Below are positions 53,854 to 64,000 of a DNA stretch of 64,000 nucleotides, one piece after another (the first letter of the stretch is position 1; each line of letters starts with the position of its first letter). Below the pieces are notes generated by a model that worked only from the letters and a program-made list of their open reading frames with translations, was not told the DNA's origin and searched no databases. Made by a program: the position numbers and the translations under genes. The stretch lies in contig JBHGNT010000010.1 of the NCBI GenBank assembly GCA_043228905.1, positions 19,406,001-19,470,000 of the forward strand, written 5' to 3'. This DNA comes from Azolla caroliniana. Lineage: Eukaryota > Plantae > Polypodiophyta.

Positions 53854-54020
53854 TAATTTATATAGACTATACATTGTGTGCTTTGAAGAATATACATTTG
53901 AGGATTTCTGTCGGCAAAATACACCCTATCACCTCCATAGCAAAAACATCTGCTCTCAACCGGTGTAAGTTCTTGTGCCGTAAAATTTATGTTTGGTAGG
54001 ACAGATGTTGGGAAATTGGG

Positions 54021-54054
<34 letters not shown>
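54021..54054. repeat. Compound (GT)n(GA)n microsatellite
   Basis: Read directly. Confidence 0.9.
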
Positions 54055-57000
54055 CAATGGTGTGTCAAGATTGGAAATTAGTGGCGAGACGAAAAGCGGG
54101 TTGCAGTCGGATAGTAGGCTGAGAGGAAAATGAGGTAATGATCAGAAATTGGTGTTAGAAGAAATGTTGAATGGAGCTTGGAAATTAGGGTCTATGAAAT
54201 TTTTAAGGGTACTAAATGTTGACAAATAGTTAAGACTTAAATGAGAGAACAATTGGCTTGTCATATGCAATAGACTTTATGCTAACAATACCTCGTACAA
54301 TAGTTCATCAACACATATCAATGCAATTTTTAAGGGAAGAATAATAACTCTTATATCATCTCGAAGTATGAATAGTTCATGAGATTCTCAAATATCACAG
54401 TGGACCTTGTACTTGAGCCACCCCCTAACAAATAGATGTCATTGCCGAATAGAATTAAAAAGCACAATCACAATGTTCACATGTAGGCAAAACTCTAAAC
54501 CTCTAACATATGGCATTCACAACATAGGAAGAGAAAGACAAGTCAACGCGATAATACACTAATTTAGTATGTTAATGGCTACATCATAGCGTTGCCCCAC
54601 AACCGCATGTGCTTTAATGGATGTCAAATTCCTAAGCCAATAATTACATGTCAAGCATGCCATTACCTTAAATTGGTGTTATTGTGCAAGGTCAAGTTTG
54701 ATATGGAAACATTTTTGGAATCGTAAGCCAACTTCCCTTTATCATGGATCATCGCATCCCTTCTGATTGAACCAATCACCTCAACAACCACCCAACTATT
54801 CCTATCCATTGCCAAGGGTGGATCCCTTGATCGTTGTCTCTCGCGACCCAACTCTCATCATCAATGGAGAAGTCACTTTTTCACAGTACTTAAGTATGGG
54901 GGAGTAATCACTCATCACGGGATAACCATTGCAACCAAGGCTCAAACATTCGTGTAAGGACTAACTTCAACCCACGAATTTGTGAGAATAATCCAAGGCA
55001 ACAACACCGTGAACCTCATCTGGTGGATGATAAATCCATTCATGTAGACCACCCACACTATGAATATTGAGTGCTAGACTGCATGTGGTATGAACATCGA
55101 GTGCTAAACCACCCATGTTATGAACATTGAGCGCATTGACCAATAGAAGAAGATGATGGAGATGATTCCCTCGTAAAATGCCTTGTGACTATTGGCATCA
55201 ACTATCTTAAGAACCTCAACAATTGACCACGGGAGGTGGAGGAAGCTCTGAAGGTAGCAAAGGTATGTGGCCACCTCATCGAACACATGCATGGAAACAA
55301 TGAGGAATAAGCGCTAAAGGCGATGGAAGAGACTCCGTGGATGATAAGTGGATGGTATTATACCATGTTGTCACCATTTTACGTGCTAGAGTCTAACTCT
55401 ATTCTAATTGATGGGTACATGTGTATGCCTACTATATAGAGAATATGAAATGCAAAAAGGTAATGTGCATTTTGGATTTGATTTGACTCAATAATCTACA
55501 ATTGTGAAGCATATGTTAAATAGATGCATAGGAGGCATGGTCATTATGGACTTCCAAAATCAACTTCTTGATTGATTGCATCGAGGTCATGACCACAAAG
55601 TGGACGCAAATAAAAGCATTCTAATTGAGATATAATATGTTCAAAGAAATACAAATATTTACTCTAAGAAGGGTTGACCCACATGTTAAATGAGTTATAA
55701 TATTTTGCCATGCGATCATGAAATTACAATTAAATACTAACAATAATAAATTAATTAAGAGATCAAGGAAATGAATGATTTAAGTGTATTTAACCACTCC
55801 CATGAGAAGGATAACAGACATATGGAAGATTGTTAACAATCCATACCACCAAATATGATCATTGTATTGTACATTAGAGTCTAAATGAATATGAATATGA
55901 ATATGGAGAATTGTACTTATCATACCTTTAAACCATTAAAATTAACCTTTGGAATTGTTTCTTAAGGTTACTCCTTAGCATACTCCTAGTTTCCAAAACA
56001 TTGCATTCCATCAAAGATAGGTCAAACAAGCTAAGTTAGATTTAAGAATCCGTGTCACCCAAGCATTATCACACACAATTTAATCCAATAATTTATGTTT
56101 GAAACCTTGAATTTGTGTCGATCCAAAAGTTTAGTTCTAGCACCAATGGACTTTTCTAGTGAATGAGGCATAAAAGATAAATCTTCATTTCCTCCATAGG
56201 TGGAGGTTGGTGTCAATTATGACATAATGGGGGATATCTTACCTGCCACTACATTGTATCATTATGTATATGTCTCGTATATGCTTTTTGGATTGGTAAT
56301 TGAAACTATGGCGTAGTTTAAACAAAAAAGTAAAAAAGTAAAGAAGAAGAAGAAGATAAATCTTCGTGAATTGCCAAACTAAGAAGTTCTTTTAAACAAA
56401 TAACATGAAAATTGGATGAACATTGACACCATCGGGAAGATTGGGAAGATACCCAAATGAATCAATACACTTTAATATTGTGAAATGTCCACTATAGGAC
56501 GAGAATTCCCTGCTTATATCACACTCAAACCTTTGAACATAGCCTTAGAATTGGTACTCGAGGTTATGCCGACAATATATGGTAACCTAAAATTATTTAT
56601 CGCACAATTCCTCTTCATAAATTATTTTCGAAATAACTTCATAACATGATGTCTAGTCTATATAAGAAGGCATTTACACCCACACTCCTTTTCCTATCCA
56701 TTTTAGAAGAGGAACCACATTGCATTCCATTTTCCCTACACCTAAGCGCCGATGAAGTCATGGAAATACTTCTTGAAGCTTGACACAAGACCATACATTA
56801 GCATCATGGATTAATAACTAATATATGATTAAGTGTTGGTTACAATCATGATTGCAAATGCGAGCTCCTACTACTGCTTGCTTGGATACACAATGTAAAT
56901 GATTGAATTGCATCCACAACCTTACACGACCGCATTCGCGACTATAGAAAGAAATGACAACATGCAATGAATGAACTAGAGAGAATGAATAAAAAGTAGA

Positions 57001-59252
57001 TATTATTAGAGGAAACAAAAAACAGTGTATGAGGTTTGACTTGAAAAAACATCCTTACACATCCAAAGATATTCTTTTTAACATGTGTCAAATAATCATT
57101 AAACAACGTTCAAATTTCTATAACAAACTCTATATTAATGACTTCCCATATTGTTAACAATGTAAAACTAGTAAGTCATGTTCTATTGCAACAATAGGAG
57201 ATCATCAATATACACAATATATTTTGTGATGATTATTGGTGATATTATTAGGTTTCGTGGATCCCGATTTGTATTAACACATGATGACATTGAAACACTT
57301 CATATGTGCTCATAAATGAACCTTTTACATTTTTGCATTATTGAAATGTGTACTCAATACAAAAATTGATGTTCATTAATACAATAATTTATATATTTAT
57401 GCAATTAAGTAGTGAATTAAATTGATTTAGCTTGATGCCCGATGACCATGCCCAATATATAGTCCTAGAGTTCATGGTATAATACTATACGTGACATATT
57501 GTGTGCCTCTCCTTCATTTTGGTCATCTTACTTGTGGAAAGGTGGGTTTTGGTAACAATAGAAAACTACAAAAAAGGTGTTATTACCAATATATACTTCC
57601 AATAGTACCTTCTTCGGAACAACATTGCAAGCTTTATAATTCCATGTTCTTCTTTATTTTAAAGAAAGACAATAATGGGGTGCCCAGTGTTTGGGACTCG
57701 AAGTCAAACATAACATCATATAATATGTGTATTACACCAAACTTGACGGAGCTAGTGTCTATCTATTAAAACAATTTAATACAACATTCAATTAACGCAT
57801 CTAGAATGAGACGATTGAGAGAACCCTTTTATTGAAAGAAATGTATTACAAAGAGTATATCGTAAACTATGAAGGCATGTATGAAAAATAATTGCAACCA
57901 TAGTTTACCAATGTTTATTCAATTATTGGAATTTGCTTTGAATTGATAATCATGGATAACTACTTGATGCACTTATAATTTTATGTATAGTCTTGTCACT
58001 GAGGGAACACGAGAACAATGAATCAGGGAACCATTCTATAAAATAGATAGTCCCAACTGACAAATCTAACCACCGATATGGTGTTGATATTTTCGGGAAA
58101 GACCGGGCATGTCGACAAGTCATATAAATATTGTATAGAACATCCTAATGGAGGGAATACAAATTTGATATTATATGGAACCCTTCAAATAAATTATATA
58201 AATTGGGGAGAGATTACCATATATTTAACGCATTGACAATGATATGCATGGAATGGATGTCAACATTGTGGTTGTTAATCAACGTAGCTAAGAGTCGAAA
58301 AGGAGTTGTTGGCACTGTATTTCTTCATGGATTGATGAGAGAAACGAAAAATTGATGTGGAGATGTTACATCAAGAATATCGAAGTAGACCTTCTTGTCT
58401 AGGGGGTATGTTGTAAGGTGGTGACACGTTGAGATTCGTTCAACTTTTCTACAAACCAAGGTTCCAAACACCTTAAGGTCTTGAAGTTTTGGATGGCTAG
58501 GCCAACTTGAGGAACTCTTTTTGGTAAATGCGTATGCATAATAGATGATACTGGGTTGATTTAGAATTTCCCATCTATTTGTGCAAAACAACTTGGTGTA
58601 TAGGGTATTACACCCCAATAAGTTGAGTTTTACTTTGACTCTAACCCAAAACAATAAATCTTAGAATGTCTCTTCCTCTTGGAATGGGTTCCAACTACGA
58701 TTATGGAGATTTAATGGAATTTTTGTTTTGAAGTTATATCCCAATATTATTGCCCCTCCATAAAGTTAAGCAAAGTTGAATGATCAATTGGTGATCGATG
58801 TGCTTTGCAGTGAAATTGAGGGTTGTTCAATCTTGATGTCACAAACAAGAGGATGAAATTTGGCACAAATGGAGGATATTGCAAGGTAGTGCCAAGTTGT
58901 GAGTTTGAGTCATCTTAGTAATAGATTGGAATTCTATAATGTCTCAAGGTTATGGGGTCCAAGTTATAGATAAAATAAGCCAAAGGTCTTAAGGTTTTGG
59001 GTTTTGTATAGCTGTGATTAAGCTCACAATTGTATAGATGATACGTGGATGAGTGACCTCCTCGGGTGCTTGCCTCTAGAGAGAGGAATGTCTATGGTTG
59101 GTGTATAGAGTCTAGGGGAAATTGATTACGATCTATTGGAGATTGATGATGTAACAATGGTAATTCCAATCGCCGCTTTGACAACATAAGGAATACACGG
59201 GTTGAGTGTACACACACATGCACACGATCATTCACGTGTAGACACATATAGA

Positions 59253-59253
<1 letters not shown>

Positions 59254-59311
<58 letters not shown>

Positions 59312-59500
59312 ATACACATACACATACACATACACATACACGTACACGTACACGTACACATACACGTACACGTACACGTACACGTACACATACACGTACA
59401 CGTACACGTACACGTACACATACACGTACACGTACACGTACACGTACACACACACGTACACGTACACATACACATACACATACACATTCACATACACATA
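59254..59500. repeat. Compound hexamer microsatellite (ACACGA)n-(ACACAT)n-(ACACGT)n with a 30-bp higher-order period
   Basis: About 9 ACACGA, then 5 ACACAT, then blocks of mostly (ACACGT)4-ACACAT, then an ACACAT tail. Confidence 0.95.
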
Positions 59501-60109
59501 AGAGCTGCATATGGACCACCAACACCACACCTATCTCCATCTATGTATTAGCTTTTGGTAGTGGAATTGTGTGTGTGTGTGGGGGGGCGGGGGTGGGGTT
59601 AGAAACAGGACAAGAAAAACAGAGGAAGACATGTTTTCAGATTCGCAGTTTTCTTCTCTGATCTGCAGCCAGGAAGAACAAAAAGGAAAGGCAATCCTCA
59701 TGATGCCATGCCATCCATGGTCTCCCCCCCCCCCCCCCCTTCTCTCTCTCTTTCTGATTCTCTTCTCTGCTTCTTCAGTCATTTCTCTCTGTAAAACTGG
59801 TAAGTCAATTCCCGCCCTTCCCCTCTCTCTATGCCTTTATCTTTCTTTTGTTGTTGTTGTTGTTGTTGTTGTTGCAATTCGGTCAAACTCTCTCTCTCTC
59901 TCTCTCTCCTCTCATCGTTTCTCTTCTCAACCTCCTTTGCTTGCTTCATTATTCTCAAACAAATCTTTCTTTTTTGGCAGACTCTCAGACTATGGTGATC
60001 TGTTGATCATTCTTCCAAAAATCCTGTTTTTTTTTTTTTTTTTTTTTTTTTTTGTTCCTTTTCTTCTTCTTTTACTGTTTTTTTCCCCGGTAGAAGAAAG
60101 GGGTGAGAT

Positions 60110-63100
60110 ATGGCTAACCTGGTTAACAGAGCGACTAGTGATATGTTGACTGGGCCTGATTGGGCCATGAACTTGGAGCTTTGCGATCTTATCAACGGTG
60201 ATCCACGGTACAGACACACATCTTATTTTGATATATTATTCTGCTAAAATTTCCGAAACTAGAAATTTCTGATGTCCCATTTCTTACATATGTCTCATAA
60301 TGAATGAGACATAGCATACTATTTTTAACGATCAACGCAATGAAGGTCATATAATGGAGGCTACATAGTATATACTTTTTAAACATTTACAATAATGGAT
60401 GCGCTGGAGTATACTTGTTTTAAATATGCACAATAATGAATGCTTAATAAGTTTTAGCATTTTTCAGCATGCGCATGGTTGGATGCGCCATACATAGCTG
60501 TATATAGCATAACATTTATAAACATGCACAAAAAAAGATGCTACATAGCTTGTCATTTTGTAGCTGAACATAATGGATGGATGCTATGTAGCATAATATT
60601 TGATAGTGTGCATTATCCAGATGCCAGATTCGAGACATTATAATGTTACAGCAGTGACTAGAGATATAAATCCAAATGTAGAGATCAAATTTCAATCTTT
60701 GTAGGGAAGCTTGCACACAAGGGAGGTGAAATGAAAGAGAGCGAAGGGAATGTGCACCCCAGTCTGCAAAACTGTGTGAATACTTCATGGTCCCAAAGTT
60801 TTTGTTTGAAAACAAAAGCGAAAAAGAATAACAAAACCCATGTCTCCCATTTGGTGAAACAAATAAAGGAAAGACACAGTATGCCGAGAGCATGACGTTT
60901 TCAATTATGTACACAGTGGCTGCCTTATGGGATATCATAATTATATTTATATATAATGGAAGCAACATAGCATTTAAATATATACACAATGGATTCCATA
61001 TGACATGTCATTTTAAAGATGCACATAATAGCTGCACATAATAGATGCTACATAGCATTTTTATAGATGTATGTGGCATACTGTTTTTGAAGTTGCTACA
61101 TAATAAGGATGCTACACAGTGGCTGCCTTATGGGATATCATAATTATATTTATATATAATGGAAGCAACATAGCATTTAAATATATACACAATGGATTCC
61201 ATATGACACGTCATTTTAAAGATGCACATAATAGCTGCACATAATAGATGCTACATAGCATTTTTATAGATGTATGTGGCATACTGTTTTTGAAGTTGCT
61301 ACATAATAAGGATGCTACACAGCATAACATTTTTGAAGGTGTACATAATGGATGCTGCATAGCATATCATTTTTATAGGTGCACATAATACTTCTCCATA
61401 AGTTAGAGAAAATTCTATCTTCTTAGAGACACTCACTTTCATCTTTACCGGCTTCTTGGTTTTTGCTTAGAAGGAGATAATGTGCTACCTCATCGATATA
61501 CATGTCACAAGGTCACTTGTTTCAGGAAGCACATTGATACATAGGGCAAAATTTCTACTTCCATCTATTACCTACATTAACTTTATGCAGTTCATGACGA
61601 CTGATAAAGTTCAAATTCGAAAATTCTCATCATCATCTGTTGCATCCATTTTATTTATCTTGTTGGTTGCACCAATGGAACCAATGAAAAGATGAATAAT
61701 TGATGTGGCCACTATCTGGATACATTTCATCTTCACCTGTTTCCTTTTACATTTTCTTGGCTTTGTATTCATCATCTTTTGATTAGTGTTAATTTCTGGT
61801 TTCTTGTAAGTCTGAATCATTTTTTAATATTTTTGTTTTCCATCAAGCAGGCTTGCAAAGGACTCTGTTAAAGCTCTCAAGAAACGAATGGGAAACAAAA
61901 ATCCAAAGGTTCAAATATTGGCGCTTACGGTACAACCTCATAAGAATGTTTATCAGAAAAAAGTACTGCGTGACATGCTTGTAAAGTTGAATTCGTAGCT
62001 GTTGGATTAGGTTCAGTGGAAGGAGGGTGATTAATTTAATTTTCTTAAAGTTAATTAAACCTCTGTCACTACTCTGTTTGCCTTCCCTCTCAATTTTCAT
62101 AGACAGATACACATGGCAAAATCCGGAAGCAGTTAATTATTCTAGGTCTATTAGGATGCCCTTGTTGTATCCATAATTGCATGATCATCCGATACATGTG
62201 CAAAATTTCCACTGATTAGATGTGTTTAAGTAAGGCCATATTGGGCTATCTTTCAGAAAAGTTGTGGGATTGACAGGGCAATTGTATTGGAAATAACTAA
62301 AGATAGTGTCAGTTTTCTGTTTGGCTAATTCTATGAATTCTGCTATAGTTGTTAGTTATTGAGATTAAAGTTAAATATAATGTGTTAATTCTCTGTTGAT
62401 AGGTTCTAGAGACAATGGTGAAAAACTGTGGTGATGTTATCCATCATCAAGTTGCTGCAAGAGATATTTTGCGTGACATGGTGAAAATAGCAAAGAAAAA
62501 TGTGAGACTACCTGCGCCAATTTTTTTTCACATATCTAATTTTGTGTTAATGATGTCATTCATGTAATTCATAGCTAAATCAAATATATCGCGAACTTGT
62601 CTATGGAGCACTTGCACAATCTATAATTGAGTCTTGCTGCTATTTGTGACCCAAAGCATACCTTTGTCCCATTTTTATGCAGTGGCATATAACTATGTCT
62701 GTCAGTTTTGAGAAAAGCATTTTCCTGCTGACTTAATTGGCATTGGGTTAGGAAATGGCTTGATCAGGTCCAAATTGTCAGTTGAAACCATGAACTTTCT
62801 ATGATCTATATTAAGGATCACACTAATTTTTTGAGATAGGTAATAATGCTACAAAAAGCATGTTTGGCTATAGCAAAGCCAGAAAAAAGACCTTTGATTG
62901 GTGATGGTATTGTGTCCTATCTTAATAATTGCATTTGGAACCTAAAGGAACTTAAAATGCATTAGCAGAAATATATAAAGGTGACCCAAATCATTTTATG
63001 GCAAACATTTGAATGCAACATCAGAATTGATTCCATTAAAATAATAGATGATTGATTGTACTATATTCTTCATTGTTTGTTTTGGATTTGCAATGCCCGC

Positions 63101-63569
63101 AATCTTTCTTCCTAGATTTGAAATCTGCGTCTCTACTTTTAGTATGGTGGGTTGCGAATGCTACTTGAACCTTTCTAAAAGGGTATAGAAAATTGTGGAA
63201 TATTCCTAGGGTCTTCCAAGTATATCGAAAAAATTTCAATTTCATGGAACAATACAATCATTTCCCTGTAACTTATGGACAAACATGTTGAGATCCAAAC
63301 TGAATATGGAAATCTTCATTGATGCCTAGAATGTAGACGAACTTTTGTGGAATTAATGTGAAACTTTATGGGCAAATCAGAAGTGATATGATAGCTTGTG
63401 CTATTGTAGCTCTATGCTTGTAGATTAAAAATCTAGCGGATTTTTCTTTTTGCAGAAAGATAGTGAAGTGAGAGAGAAAAGCTTGTTACTGCTAGACGCA
63501 TGGCAAGAGGCTTTCGGTGGACCAAATGGGAGATACCCTCAGTACTACATAGCATATGAGGAATTGCGG
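60110..63569 (+). CDS. TOL: TOM1-like (VHS-domain) protein, 5' partial; the gene continues beyond the gap and window end
   Basis: Exons 60110-60207, 61851-61929, 62403-62501 and 63456-63569, phase-consistent. Translation [29 protein letters not shown]...[22 protein letters not shown]...[34 protein letters not shown]. Confidence 0.94.
60910..61323. repeat. Near-exact 203-bp tandem duplication in a TOL intron
   Basis: 60910-61112 is repeated from 61113, with one substitution seen (ACATGTC versus ACACGTC). It lies within a degenerate CACATAAT..ATGCTACATAGCAT minisatellite. Confidence 0.93.
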
Positions 63570-63707
63570 GTATATGAAGGGTCATTTTAAGAGCATCTTA
63601 TAATGATATTCATAGGATTTCCTCATTCTAAGTGTATGGTGATTTGTAATTTCATGGATGTACTCTTTGACTATACTTTGCAATGTTTTGTTCCAACTTA
63701 ACAGCGT

Positions 63708-63807
63708 NNNNNNNNNNNNNNNNNNNNNNNNNNNNNNNNNNNNNNNNNNNNNNNNNNNNNNNNNNNNNNNNNNNNNNNNNNNNNNNNNNNNNNNNNNNNN
63801 NNNNNNN
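63708..63807. other. Assembly gap (100 N)
   Basis: Run of N inside a TOL intron. Confidence 1.
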
Positions 63808-64000
63808 ATTTCTTGATATACTCTCATAGTAACAGAATGCATTTGCAGACCTTTACTATGTTGAATAGAGTTTACCATGTGCATGCATTTATGGTTTTGG
63901 CATGTGAGGTTTCCAACGTTTAGCATATGTTCTCGATCTTGAACCATGGACCATGGAGAAAAGGTCTGTCAGTATGAAAAGAGCAAAAGCTATTGTTATG

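Noticed and set aside
54560-55380. Possible decayed LTR element on the minus strand, with PBS-like TGGTATAATACC at about 55365
   Set aside because: No second LTR, TSD or protein motif could be identified; too degenerate to call.
58300-59050. Possible Gypsy protease/RT remnant
   Set aside because: Only weak resemblance; no catalytic motif is intact.
59092-60149. ORFs with CT/YT/VR dipeptide repeats and the 192-aa ORF at 59571
   Set aside because: Artefacts of stop-free microsatellites and low-complexity 5'UTR/intron sequence.

Overview
AT-rich land-plant nuclear genomic DNA. The PPR architecture and LINE families suggest a seedless vascular plant, probably a fern, but that is inference and not confirmed. 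Genes reconstructed by hand from GT-AG sites and reading-frame phase: a long PLS-E PPR gene (+), an intronless orphan ORF (+), RPL27 (-, 4 exons), histone H2A.X (+, 2 exons), a LAZ1/OSTalpha-TMEM184 transporter-like gene (-, 8 coding exons), a decayed PPR, LpxD (-, 10 exons) and the 5' part of a TOM1-like VHS-domain gene (+). The most striking structure is LpxD intron 1 (about 14.8 kb). It holds a decayed LINE whose RT core is split by two independent Ty1/Copia elements inserted 119 bp apart, both ending in TA rather than CA. One Copia looks grass-like (possible horizontal transfer); the other carries a (TTTAGGG)2 scar. Other elements are a Mutator-type MITE with a 9-bp TSD, an L1 3' fragment, tRNA-derived SINE-like remnants, several tandem duplications and a higher-order hexamer microsatellite. 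I found no evidence for a wholly new multi-gene system. The best leads are TE biology, cryptic exons that restore organelle targeting peptides, and the orphan ORF.
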